From NCBI RefSeq assembly GCF_009914755.1, contig NC_060928.1: DNA of 64,000 nt. The stretch is one strand, 5' to 3'. Position 1 is the first letter of the stretch, and every line of letters begins with the position of its first letter. The notes below the pieces were generated by a model that made no database searches, was not told where the DNA came from, and worked only from the letters and a program-made list of their open reading frames with translations. Origin of the DNA: the human T2T-CHM13v2.0 reference genome, Homo sapiens. Positions 41,464-54,544 of the stretch are shown here, in pieces. Position numbers and translations under genes: made by a program.

Positions 41464-42883
41464 GAAAATAATCTTTTCGTTAAGAATGTGGAATATTGGC
41501 CCCCATTCTCTTCTGGCTTGTAGAGCTTCTGCTGAGAGATCCACTGTTAATCTGATGGGCTTCCCTTTGTGGGTAACCCGACCTTTCTCTCTGGCTGCCC
41601 TTAACATTTTTTCCTTCATTTCAACCTTGGTGAATCTGACAATTACGTGTCTTGGAGTTGCCCTTCTCAAGGAGTATCTTTGTGGTGTTCTCTGTATTTC
41701 CTGAATTTGAATGTTAGCCTGCATTGCTAGGTTGGGGAAGGTCTCCTGGGTGATATCCTGAAGAGTGTTTTCCAACTTGGTTCCATTCTCCTCATCACTT
41801 TCAGGTATACCAATCAAATGTAGATTTGGTCTTTTCACATAGTCCCATATTTCTTGGATGCTTTGTTCATTTCTTTTTACTCTTTTTTTCTCTAAACTTC
41901 TCTTCTCACTTCATTTCATACATTTGATCTTCAATCACTGATATCCTTTCTTCCACTGGATCGAATCAGCTACTGAAGCTTGTGCATGTGTCACGTAGTT
42001 CTCGTGCCACGGTTTTCAGCTCCGTCAGGTCATTTAAGGTCTTCTCTATGCTGCTTATCCTAGTTAGCCATTCTTCTAATCTTTTTTCAAGGCCTTTAGC
42101 TTCCTTTCAATGAGTTAGAATATGTTCCTTTAGCTCGGAGAAGTTTATTACCAATCTTCTGAAGCCTAGTTCTGTCAACTCATCAAAGTCATCCTCCATC
42201 CAGCTTTGTTCCATTGCTGGCAAAGAGCTGCCATCCTTTGGAGGAGAAGAGGTGCTCTGGTTTTTAGAATTTTCAGCTTTTCTGTTCTGGTTTCTCCCCA
42301 TCTTTGTGGTTTTATCTACCTTTGGTCTTTGATGATGGTGACCTACAGATGGGGTTTTGGTGTGGATGTTCTTTTGTTGATGTTGGTGCTATTCCTTTCT
42401 GTTTGTTAGTTTTACTTCTAACAGTCAGGACCCTCAGCTGCAGTTCCTTTGGAGTTTGCTGGAGGTCCACTTGAGCCCCTGTTTGCCTGGGTATCACCAG
42501 CAGAGGCTGCAGAACAGCAAATGTTACTGCCTGATCCTTCCTCTGGAAGCTTCATCTCAGAGGGGCACCCAGCTGTATGAGGTGTCAGTCAGTCCCTACT
42601 GGGAGATGTCTCCCAGTTAGGCTACTTGGGGGTCAGAAACCCACTTGAGGAGGCAGTCTGTCTGTTCTCAGATCTCAAACTCCATGCTGGGAGAACCACT
42701 GCTCTCTTCAAAGCTGTCAGACTGGGACGTTTAAGTCTGCAGAAGTTTCTGTTGCCTTTTATTCAGCTATGCCCTGCCCCCAGAGGTGGAGTCTACAGAG
42801 GCAGGCAGACCTCCTTGAGCTGTGGTGGGCTCCACCCAGTTCAAGCTTCCTAGCTGCTTTGTTTACTTAGTCAAGCCTCAGCA

Positions 42884-43147
42884 ATGGCGGACACCCCTCT
42901 CCCAGCCTTGCTGCTGCCTCACAGTTCAATCTCAAACTGCTGTGCTAGCAGTGAGCAAGGCTCTGTTGGCATGGGATCTGCTGAGCCAGGCACAGGGTAT
43001 AATCTCCTAGTGTGCCACTTGCTAAGACCATTGGAAAGGCATGTTATTAGGGCAGGAGTGTCCTGGTTTTCCAGGTATGGTCTGTCATGGCTTTCCTTGG
43101 CTAGGAAAGGGAATTCCCCAACCCCTTTTGCTTCTTGGGTGAGATGA
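42884..43147 (+). CDS. L1 antisense ORF0-like frame of element D (87 aa); expression unknown
   Basis: MADTPLPALLLPHSSISNCCASSEQ.. is homologous to the ORF0-like frames in A and C. Confidence 0.4.
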   Translation: MADTPLPALLLPHSSISNCCASSEQGSVGMGSAEPGTGYNLLVCHLLRPLERHVIRAGVSWFSRYGLSWLSLARKGNSPTPFASWVR

Positions 43148-45519
43148 TGCCCCACCCTGCTTCATCTTACACTCAGTGGGCTGCTCCCGCTGTCCAGCCA
43201 GTCCCAATGAGACGAACCCAGTATCCCAGTTGGAAATGCAGAAATCATCTGTCTTCTGCATCACTCCTGCTGGGAGCTGTAGACGGGAGCTGTAGACTGG
43301 AGCTGTTCCTATTCAGCCATCTGGGAACAATCCCAATTTCCCTTTTTTTAAACTTACTGAGCCTTGTTTTGTGGCCAAGCATGTGGTTGATTTAAGAATA
43401 TGTTCTATTTGCAGATGAGAAAAATATATAATCTGTAGTTGATGGGAGGAGTATTCTGTAGATGTCCTAGGTCCAATTGATCAAATGTTGAAGTTCACAA
43501 TTTCTCCGTTAGTTTTCTGCCTTGATGATTTGTCTGATGCTGTCAGTAGGGTGTTAAAATTCCCCAATATTATTGTGTCTATGTCTAAGTCTTTTCATAG
43601 GTCTAGAACTACTTGTTTTATGAATCTGGGTGCTCCAATGTTGGGTGTGTATATATTTAGGATAGTTAAGTCTTGTTGAATTGAATCTTTTATCATTATG
43701 TCATACCCTTCTTTGTCCTTTTTTACTGTTGTTGTTTTAAAGTGTTTATCTAATATCTAAAGTATTATCTAATATAAGAATAGTAACACTTGCCCTTTTT
43801 TGTTCTGTTTACATAACAAATCTTTCTCTGACATTTACTTTGAGCTTTGGGGTTTCCTTATGTGTGAGATAGATCTCTTGAAGACAGCAGACACTTGGGT
43901 CCTGTATTTTTATTCAACTTGCCACCCTGTGCCTTTTAAGTGGGGCATTTAGACCATTTACATTCAAAGTTAACATTGATATGTGAAGTTTTCATCCTAT
44001 CATGAAGTTAGCTCGTTGCTTTGTAGTTTCCATTGTGTGGTTGGTTTATAGGTTCTGTGGGCTATGTACTTTAGTGTGTTTTGTGGCAGCAGGTATCATT
44101 ATTTTGTTTCCATGTTTAAAATTCCTTTGAGGCTCTCTTGAAGGTTGGTCTAGTGGTAACAAATTCCCTTAATGCTTGCTTGTCTGGAAAAGGATTTTAT
44201 TTCTCCTTCACTTATGAAGCTTAGTTTGGTGGGATAAGAAATTGTTGGCTGCAATTTCTTTTCTTTAAGAATCCTGAAAATAGGCCACCAATCTCTCCTG
44301 GCTTGTAAGGTTTCTGCTGGGAAGTCTGCTGTTAGCCTTTGTACATGATCTGAGCTTTTCCTCTAGCTGCCTTTAAGTCTTTTCTTTAGTATTGACCTTG
44401 GACAGTCTGGTGACTACATGCCTTGATGACACTCGTTTTGTATAGTATGTTGCAAGTGTTTTCTAGAATGTCTACCTCTCTAGCAAGATAAGGGAAATGT
44501 TCTTGAATTGTTCCCTGAAATACGTTTATTTTCTTTTTTTCCATTTCTCTCAGGAATGTCAATAATTCATAAGCTTGGTTGCTATACATAATCCCATGTT
44601 TCTCAAAGACTTTGTTTATTTTTTAAATTCTTTTTTCTGTATTTTTGTCTTACTGAGTTAGTTCAAAAGACTAGTCTTCAAGCTCTGAAATTTTTTCTTC
44701 TACTTGGTCCAGTCTATTGCTAAAGCTTTCCATTGTATTTTGAAATTCCTTAAGTGAGTTTTTCAATTCCAGAAGCTCTGGTTGATTTCTTTTTAAAATA
44801 TTTATCTCTTCCTTCATTTCCTGGATTCCCTTTGAAGTTTCTTTGTGTTGATTTTCAACCTTATCTTGTATCTCATTGAACTTCCTAACAATCTATCCTT
44901 TGAATTATTTATCTGTCATTTCTGAGTTTCCATTTTGGTTAGGGTCCTTCGCTGGAGAGGTAGTGTGATACTTTGGTGTCACTACATTCAGATTTTTCAT
45001 TGTGCCAGAATTCTTGTGTCAGTTCCTTCTTACCTAGAGATGCTAGCACTTCTAATATTTGTAATTATTTTCATGTGGGTAGGATTTTTTGTTTTTCTTT
45101 CTTTCCCTATAATAATAACATTTTTTTCCCTTTCCTTTCCCCGACTTCCTAGGGAATGTGACTGTAGAGAATCCTAGGTAGGGTCCTTTGGCTTTGCTTC
45201 TATAGTCCTGTGCATTTCTGTCAGCAGGTTTTATTTTACTCTGTGCAGTTCAAACTACAAGCCATAGATGGCACTTATGGGTAAGAGCCAGCTGTGGCCA
45301 GTACAGCTGGGTATATGTGTGATCCTTGTTTACTGAGAGAAGCTCTCTGTTGCCTCAGGAAATGGGCTTATTTATGGGGTTCACAGTGGTCTGAGCTCCC
45401 TCCTTACCCCTGGAGAGGCAGGGGGCAAGATGTGTGGGGCTGGACCAGGCAGGTCTGGACCTACAGGTCCCCTGATGGCAGACACAAGCACCAGCACTGA
45501 GGGGAGAATCCAGTGGCCA

Positions 45520-45930
45520 GCCACCAAGCCCTCAGAGATATGCCTAGGCATGAAGCTGGGAAGCCTCCTCAACCCCAAGTTCTCTGCATGGGGATGGCGA
45601 TGGCCTAAACTTCTGATCCAACAGAGTGCATGCTGCAGGTGCCTGGAGATCTGCCTGGGGGTAAAACAGAGAGGGTCCCACTGCACCATAATCTACGTAC
45701 AGGAAGCATGAGGTGGCTGAGGCTGTTGATCCAGGCCAGGGGGTACTCTGAATACCTAGGGATCTGCATGGGCATGGAGCAGAGAAGGCCCCGCTGCACC
45801 ACCATCTATGCCCATGAAGAGTGCGGCTGCTCAGGCTGCTGGTCCAGGCAAGGGGATGGTACTCTGATTGCCTGAATTTTGGCTTGGGGGTGGAGTGGAA
45901 AGGGGCCCTACTGCATCACGGTCTTAGGGT
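45520..45930. repeat. Degenerate ~120-bp tandem units in the 5'UTR of L1 E
   Basis: Recurring tgatcca..cctggagatctgcctggg..agagagggtcccactgcaccat (~45615, 45730, 45840). Confidence 0.6.
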
Positions 45931-46689
45931 AGCAGATTGGTGTACCCAGCAATGACACATACACACCTATTCCAGGTCACCAGCTGGCCCTAGCTGTAAG
46001 ATTCGTTGTCTGAGAGAAACTATAGCTGTAGCAGCTCTCTTCCTGCTCCAGGTCTGTGATGGGGGAGAGCAAAATTCCAGCACCTACTGCTGAGGTACTT
46101 TTCACAGTTCTGGCTGTGGAAGCTTCTACCCAACTCCAGAGCATGTGCTCCAATCTGTGGCCCAGGACTGAAGTTCCTGAGCAGCCATGCTGCTGGGTTG
46201 CCAAAGAATGGCAGACTTTGTATGTGCCTGGGTTAAAAATGGTGTCCTGCCCTCAGTTCCAGGTCTGGAAAAATGCTTACAGCTTTTCTCAGTGTCTTTC
46301 CCTCATAGCACCTTCAAGCCTTTCCCCAGTATAGCTCCAGGGCCTGGGAAAACAAAGTGCTCTCCCTTGGCCTGAATTGCTTGGATCCCCAGTGGAAAGG
46401 TGAGTCACAGAGATAGGCTCTCTGCCTCTCTTGTGTACTGGTGCTTCACTCACTTTAATCAGCCCCATGTCATCACAGGGGCTGTTTGCCCACCCCTTCT
46501 CCTCCCTGGGATCTGGGGTTTCCTTTGTGATTCTAGTGGATTCCCATTTTCCTTCTTGAAATGAAGCTCAAAGAGTTGATCTTTGTGTACTACCTTGCTG
46601 TTTCCGAGTGGATGAGGCATGCTGAAAGCCTCTAATCCACCATCTTGGAAAAAATAAATTTTTTTTTAAAAAGCAAAATCCAAATATGT

Positions 46690-46932
46690 AGGATAAACAA
46701 ATTGAAATATCTAGTGTACAATGTAAGGACTATAGTTAATAGCGTATTGTATTTGGGATTTTGCTAAATGAGTAGACTATGGCTGATGCCACATGGAAGA
46801 GGAATAGGTAACTATGTGAGATGATAGAAATGTTCATTTGCTCCACTGTAGTAACCATTTTACAATATATATGTATTTTATAATATCGTGTTGTATACCT
46901 TAAATATACACAATAAAATTTATTTTTTTAAA
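46690..46932 (+). mobile_element. Old L1M 3' end
   Basis: aggactatagttaat..ggtaactatgtgagatgat..gttgtataccttaaatatacacaataaaa. Confidence 0.7.
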
Positions 46933-47179
46933 GAAACCAACCAGAACAGTTCCCCAGATTTACTCATGAAGTTATTCTCTTTCTCCACCACCAACCAACA
47001 GCATTCCCTCATCAATTGTGTGCTCTATTTTTTTGGCAGCCAATGCATGAGTAGTGAGATTATTATTATATAATAAAATAATATGTTCAAATTTTTAAAA
47101 AACAGATAGTTTAAAGAAAAAGGGAAAATTATTATAGCTTGTAAACATTTACCTTAAGAAAACTAGAGTGATGTTTCAG

Positions 47180-49455
47180 GACAAGAAATAATACTAGAGA
47201 TAAAGAGAAATGTCTTATGATGATAACAGAGTATTTAATCAAGAATGCCTCATAAATGTGCATGTATCTAATTACAGAGCTTCAAATATACATGAAGCAA
47301 AAGCTGACAAAAGAGAAATAAGCCCACAGTAATACTTGGGAATTTCAAATCTCTTCTCTCAGTAGTTGGTAAAACAGAAAACTCAGTAAGAATATAGAAG
47401 AATGGAATAGCAGTATCAACCAACTTGATCTAGATATTTACAGAACAACATTTCTAGGATGCTCCATGGAACAACAATAACATATACATTATTTTCAGAT
47501 GCACATGGAACACTCATCAAGGCAACATATATGCAGGATTATAGTCTAAACAAATTTAAAGCACTAAAACAATATAGACTGTGTCCTCTGACTACAAAAG
47601 AATCAATTAGAAATTAATAACAGATATTGAAAAATCCACAAATGTTTGGAGATTAAACATCTCTAATCATGTATTATAGATCATATCACAAAGAATATGA
47701 GGATATATTTTTACCTAAATAATAATTAAAATACAATACATCATAATTTGTAGGATACAGCTGAAGCAGTGATTGGGGGAAATTTAGAGCTTTAAATGCT
47801 TACATTAGAAAGGAATAAAAGTCTAAAATTAATGATACAAAATTTTACATTAAGAAGCTAAAAAAACAGAAGAACAAATTGAACCCAAAGTAAGTAAGTA
47901 GAAGGTAAGAAATAAAAATATGAATAAAATAAATGAAATTTGAAAATATTTAATTAACAGGAAAAAAACCAATGAAACCAAAAGCAGATTCTTTGAAAAA
48001 TTGTTGTTTCTAATTAGACCAAGAAAAAAAGGATATGAGTTACTAAATTCAGGAATGAAAGAGGAGACATCACTGCAGGCATTAAAAAGATAAAAGTGGA
48101 CTATTATGAACAAATGCATGCAACAAATTGAATAACTTAGAGGAAATGGGCAAATTTATTGAAAGACATAAGCTACCAAAATTAACATAAAAAGAAACAG
48201 GGAAACCTAATAGCACTGTATTTATTAAAGAAATTTAATGTGCCAAAGTAATTAAAAGTAGAAAAGATTTTTCATTAAATAGTGCTTGAACCACTGGATG
48301 CCTATGTGAAAAAAGCATGAACTTCAACTCTTACCTCACAGTAAATGCAAGACTAATTATAAATAGAATAGAGACCTAAATGTAAAAATAAAAATTATAA
48401 AATGTTTACAACAAAACATAGGAAAATGTCTTCTTAAACCTGGAGCAGACAAAGATTTCTTAGATATCACATAAAATATGAAAGAATAATATTAAACATT
48501 CCATATTTCAAAAGTCACCTTTAAAAAATAAAACAAGCCCCAACAGATTTGTTGTTTGTGTTACTTTTATCTGATGAAAGACCTGTATCCAGAATATATA
48601 AAGAACATTTACAACTTGATAATGAAGACAACACAGTTTTAAAATTGGGTAAGTCATTTGACATTTTAAAAAGATGAGAATGATCAATATATGCATAGAA
48701 AGATGTTCAACATTTTCAGCCATAAAGTTAAAGCCACATTGATATATTTTTACATACCCATAGAATGGCTAAAAATAAAACCAAATAACTGAGAATGTCA
48801 TGGGTGAGGTTATGGAGCCACTGAAACTCTCTCATATATTGCTGAGACAAATGTAGAATGGTACAACCACTTTAGAAAACAGTTGAACAGTTCCTTACTT
48901 ATTTACACTGCCATGTATCTGTCAATTCTATTCCTACATATATACCAATGAGAAATAAAAACATACATCCATTCAGAGACTTATACACAAATGCTCATAG
49001 TAGCTTTATTCATAATATCCTAAAACTAGAAACAACCCAAATGTCCATAAACAAATGAATGGTTAAACAAATTGTGGTATATCATTACAATAGAAGACTA
49101 TTTCATAATAAAAGACAACAGACTATTGATATACAGAGTGTGGATCTCAAAAACAATGCTGAGTGAAGGAAGCCAGACACAAAAGAATACATGCTGCATA
49201 ATTCCTTTTATGTGATATTTTAGAAAAAGGAAAACTAACCCATAGTGACAGAAAATAGGTCAGTAGTTACTTGTGTCTGGTGGTTGGGGGTGGTATTGAC
49301 AATAAAGAGGCCTAAAAGAACTTTTCAGGATAATGGAAATGTCCTATAGCTTGATCGGGGTGGTAGGTGCACAAATGTATACATGTGTCAAAACTCAAAC
49401 TGTATATTTAAAATGTACACATTGTATGTATATTAAACCTCATTAAGATTGATTT
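47180..49455 (+). mobile_element. Ancient L1M (L1ME/MD-type) ORF2 and 3'UTR relic
   Basis: acagagcttcaaatatacatgaagcaaaagctgaca.., ggtacaaccactttagaaaacag, aactagaaacaacccaaatgtccat, gctgagtgaaggaagccagacacaaaag. Confidence 0.8.
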
Positions 49456-49596
49456 ATATATCATTGTGATAATCTTACAAAATACTAAAATATAAAGTTT
49501 AAGAAATGGTTTATATTTTCAAAATATAAAATATGAGAAAAATTCAAAGATGAATCCAGAATATTAGGTCCACAATCCAAGAAAATGGGAAACAAG

Positions 49597-49892
49597 ATTG
49601 GGCACAGTGGCTCACACCTGTAATCCCAGCACAAGCCCCTGAAGTCCGGGGTTTATGCCCAGCCTGGGAAACATAGAGGAGCTTGTCCGTACAAAAAAAA
49701 TTAAAATATCAGCCAGGCGTGGGGGCACACACCTGTATTCCCAGCCACTCAGGAGGCCGAGAGGAAGATCACTTGAGCCCAGGAGTTCGAGGCTGCAGTG
49801 ATTTATGATCGTGCCACTGCCCTCCAGCCTGGGCTGCAGAGTGAGACCCAAAAGACTGTCTCTAAAAAATAAAAGAGAGAGAGAGAGAGAAA
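49597..49892 (+). mobile_element. AluJ-like element with a shortened left arm
   Basis: TSD aaaatgggaaacaag on both sides (ending 49596 and 49910); gagttcgaggctgcagtg motif; (GA)n in the tail. Confidence 0.9.
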
Positions 49893-51199
49893 AGAAAAAT
49901 GGGAAACAAGGAGAGAAAGGAAGAAACAAAACAAACAAAATCCCATTATTTTCCTGAGTATAAAGAAAACAGAAATCTTCAGTTTCAAATGTTGTTGATT
50001 TATTCATTGAATTCATTGATTACTTGGTTCTCTTATACTTCCATTGTATTAATAACAGGGCCACAACGATGTTTCAGGTCTCTAAGTACCAATTTTAACT
50101 CAGTCTCCTTTCCTTAGTTCACATTTGTTTGTGTAAATGGCCTGTGGAAAGGCTAGGGGAATCATCCCAGTGTACACTTGCAAGGCTGCTGCAGGGGGCC
50201 TGGAACCTGGCCTTTTCATCCATCTTTGGCCTCTGGAAACTGGACAATGGATCATGACTATATATTGAAGAAACTGCCGTCAACCTCCCAATCAGGCATC
50301 CTTGATTTATTTTACTCATGTAGATGGAATCATACCCTTCTTGGCTGCCCTTCTAGTTTTTCCTCAGGGACACTGTTTTCTATTAATCAGCTCCACAATT
50401 CTCTGCAAGTCAGATCCATTCATTACATTTTGTCCTTGCATTAAGATAATTGCCATTACCTGGCTTCTGATGAGTAAGAACCACCACCTGTTTTCTATTG
50501 TGTGCATTGAGCGGGGCAGGTCCTGTTATCAGTAAGCCCAGGTCTTTAGTGGCATTTTCTACTGACAGCCTGGCCTGCTGAGGAGTGCTGGCACTGAACT
50601 TCTTACTGATGCTGGAGCTTCTCACACCAGGAAAATTCTTATTGCTTCAGTAACACAGATGGCTAGTGGGCTTTCCAGCCTTACACAGCATACTCACCCT
50701 GGTATGTGTACTTCTCTGAGCCTTTTATTCTTTTCTACCATCTACCTTGGCAACTCTGGTATTTACCTTACTGAGTGTGAGCTATTGACCTTTCCATGCC
50801 TCTAAGAGCCATCTTAGGGGTGTGTTTGCACCATCTCTTTGTGTCCTTGCTAGAATTTCAAGTCGCATACCCTAGAAGAGTCTCCCAAACTGCTAAATTC
50901 TCTTTTCAAACAACATGCTCTGACACCTTGATCCAGAACCCTTAGAAACCAATACTATCTATACTCTTCTAGTTCTTGTTTATAAAAAATGGCTAGGTCC
51001 TGAAGTTCCTTTATCACTTCTAAGATGCCTCTGGCTGTTTTTGCAGCAACTTAACCCTAGGTATAGGCCCATGGCCAAGTATGTAGGTGGCCCTTGATCC
51101 TGAGATGGGCACCTGTTATCTTGAAAAGGAAAAGCTTCTGCATTGCCTTTGAGCAAGGGGAGAGGGCTAACCCTTACTAGGGAGGAGTGAACTACTTCT

Positions 51200-51495
<296 letters not shown>

Positions 51496-51987
51496 TAAAC
51501 CACTTCTGTAGGAATCAGAGGAAAATGAAGATTCAAGATATGGGGGGCATCAACTGCAATGTTCCCATACCACGTGTCAGGGTCTTATTTTTACTCAACA
51601 AAGGCCCTGACCCTGGCATAGCAGGTCTGCCTATGTTATGAGTTGAACCTCCTTTGGGATTCATTACTCTTATTTTCTGGGCTTGATCCTCAACTTTTTT
51701 GGACCTTCTGTGAAGGAAACAAGAGCTTCTTCTTATGCTACTAAGGAGAACTCTGCCTTTCACCCCTAGCTTATCTTTTTATTCAAGGCCTTAATTGAGC
51801 TTGGTGAAGCCACCCGATTCTATTGCCTCTCTAGTTAGTATTTTCCTCATTATTTCTCCAATGTCAGATATCAGCATTTTCTTCCACCAGTATACCATCC
51901 AACTTCATCAACTGTGATTGTTTTAACAACTAAACAACCATCTCACGCTGGGATTGTATGTCCTCTGCCTACCACCAGCAGTACCTT

Positions 51988-52385
51988 CTGCCACAGATTG
52001 GACTCTCTAGGAAGCAGACTCTAGATAAAGACTATCATATAGAAGGTTTATCAGGAGGTTCCCTTGGCTCCAACACCTGGGGAAGAAAGGGGACTGAGGG
52101 GAGAGAGGGGAAAGAAGGAGACTGGGCAGAGGAAGAAATTGAGATATGATGCAGACTAAATAAAGCTTCAGTTGACCCTTTGGCCATTTCTGAAAATGGA
52201 ATGACCCTTCAGAGATATTCCTAATTGGGGTGAGAAGGCTGAGCCTTTATACTCCCATGTTAAACAGTCATTGGATGTGGACGACCTTGAGAAGGGTGGC
52301 TGTCTTCACCTGGAGGCACTCCCAGTAGCTGGGGCAATAGCTTCTTCATTCTGGGGAGAGTTTGAACACATTACAGCTATCGCAC
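51988..52385 (-). mobile_element. LTR16-like ERVL LTR
   Basis: ctctaggaagcagactctagat..aaggtttatcaggag..ggactgggcagaggaagaaattgag..gagcctttatactcccatgt. Confidence 0.55.
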
Positions 52386-52429
52386 AGCAACCATCCACCT
52401 CTTTCTTCCATTCAAGGACTAAATATGCC

Positions 52430-52450
52430 GTGTGTGTGTGTGTGTGTGTG
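52430..52450. repeat. (TG)n microsatellite
   Basis: About 10 TG units. Confidence 0.9.
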
Positions 52451-52479
52451 ATTGAAAGTAAAGTAAAACCTGACACTCT

Positions 52480-52779
52480 GGCCAGGCGCAGTGGCTCACA
52501 CCTGTAATCCCAGTATTTTGGGAGGCCGAGGCAGGCAGATCACGAGGTCAGGAGATCGAGACCACCCTGGCTAACATTGTGAAACCCCGTCTCTACTAAA
52601 AATACAAAAAATTAGTCGGGCATGGTGGCGGGTGCCTGTAGTCCCAGCTACTCAGGAGGCTGAGGCAGGAGACTGGCGTGAACCTGGGACACGGAGCTTG
52701 CAGTGAGCAGAGATGGCACCAATGCACTCCAGCCTGGGTGAGAGAGCGAGACTCCATCACAAAAAAAAAAAAAAAAAAA
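52480..52779 (+). mobile_element. AluY-like element
   Basis: gatcacgaggtcaggagatcgag, ggcgtgaacc, agcttgcagtgag; pure A tail; TSD aaaacctgac(a/g)ctc. Confidence 0.93.
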
Positions 52780-52944
52780 CCTGACGCTCAATGTGCTTTC
52801 CAAATATCTTGGAGCTCCAGTGACCCCTTCACTTCCTAGAACTTCCTAGTCATAAACACTTCTGTGACCACAGCAATGAGGTTGTTTTCTTTCTTTTTCT
52901 TTTTTTTGTTGGTCTTTCTTTTTTGTTTTGGATATGTTAATACT

Positions 52945-53205
52945 TACTATTTATCAAACATTTACTATGAGCCAGGCCCTGTGCAAGGGTATATATATGG
53001 ATAATCTTTCATGAATGATCTCATTTAATCATCACTTCAATTCTATTTTGTAAACTTGAGTAAGCCTTTAGTAAGAAAATAGAGATTGAGGTTGAATTGT
53101 GTTTCCAAGTCACGCTACTAGTTCTTATTGGAATCTGTGTGGAACCCAGATCTGACTCCAAAGTCAATCTTAGTAATGACACTGCAATTGGCCACCTGCT
53201 TCTTT
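52945..53205 (-). mobile_element. MIR SINE
   Basis: tttatcaaacatttactatgagccaggccctgtgc..tctcatttaatcatcac..ccaagtcacgctactag..gaacccagatctgactccaaagtc. Confidence 0.65.
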
Positions 53206-54029
53206 ATCTCCAACTGCCTCAGCCAAAGGTCAACAGGTACACTGTAGGCCACTGTTCTTGATCAAGCCCTGTTCCCTGCAGCATACATTCCTAAACAATG
53301 CCTTTTGAGGTACAACTTATAGAATCATTTTATTAAAGTTCTGATCTTTTTTCTATACATTCCCACTGTGTTCAAACCTAAGACTCAGCTGTCCTCCCAG
53401 GCTCAATTGAAGTCTCCTTTCTAGCTGTACTTTTCTTAGGTATTCCAGACCAGAATAGCCTCCCAGTGCCTAACAAAGCTTTCCCACCAGTGAGAAGGAT
53501 TTAGCCACATTTTTACTGCTTAGTATCTTCATATATGTTTCTGTTCCCTTCAACAGATTGTAAACATCACGCACGGTCTTTCACACCACTACCCTATATA
53601 ATGTATTGTACATAGGAGACATTTAGAAGCAGATTACATTAATTTTGTATTAATGTCATGAATTACTTAGTGATATGCCCTTGGGCTCTCTTCTGTTTCC
53701 TCATTCTCTAATAATGATATAATTTTTATATTTTCTTAGGTTTCCCATGATGCTGAAATCCTTATCTATCCTATATATTTGTCACTCTGCACTTCCTCTC
53801 TTGCATAGCTCTGTCCTGGGAACCCCAGGCAGTTAAGTTTATTAGTGATGATTAACACAAGCTGGTTATGTTCCATTTAAGGCTAACAGTTCTCATGGTT
53901 ATAATTAAACTTTTTCTGTTTTAGGTACAATTAAACCCACAGATTAAACCTTATATTTTCCAGGGAAAATATTGTATGATCTATTGTACCTAGTGACTAA
54001 AGTGAAATTTTAGAATGGTTTGAAACCTT

Positions 54030-54192
54030 GCTGCAAAAAGTGTGGTCCATGGACCAGGAACAGCAGTGTTACCTGGAGGCCTGTTAGAAATGTAGAAAAT
54101 TGTCCCCCACCCAGATATGCAGGATCAGAATCTGCATTCTAACAAGATCTGCAGGTAATTCCTATCAATATTTAAGTTTGAGAAGTTCTACT
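54030..54192. mobile_element. MER5A DNA transposon
   Basis: aaagtgtggtccatggaccag..gttagaaatgtaga..atcagaatctgcattctaacaagatc..taagtttgagaag. Confidence 0.8.
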
Positions 54193-54229
54193 TTAAAAAA
54201 TAATTTAATGGCAGCTCTATATAAAAGTG

Positions 54230-54400
54230 GTTCTCCATTAGTGCCTACCATGGGCCAGCCACATGTTTGATGCTTCATACAGTTCTAATTATCCCAACAG
54301 TCCTGAAGGTGCTATTTCTGTTTACAGATGAAAAACCTGATACTTAGAGGCTAACTTAGCCAAGATCGTTCTGCTTATAATCAGTAGTGCTGATCTTGGA
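54230..54400 (-). mobile_element. MIR fragment
   Basis: gtgcctaccatgggccag..tttacagatgaaaaacctgatacttagaggctaacttagccaagatc. Confidence 0.65.
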
Positions 54401-54544
54401 GTGTAGCACCATCTGCTTCGAAGACTATCTTTCAGGCTTTCTGTTGCAGATGCAGCAGATGCTCTCAGAGCCTGCCTATATGTCCCTGCCCCTTAGCATT
54501 CCAGAGTGCAGGGGCTGGACTGGTCCTTGCCTCCCCTGCAGCAG

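Noticed and set aside
43272-43297. 13-bp tandem duplication gggagctgtagac near the 5' end of D
   Set aside because: Ordinary slippage duplication.
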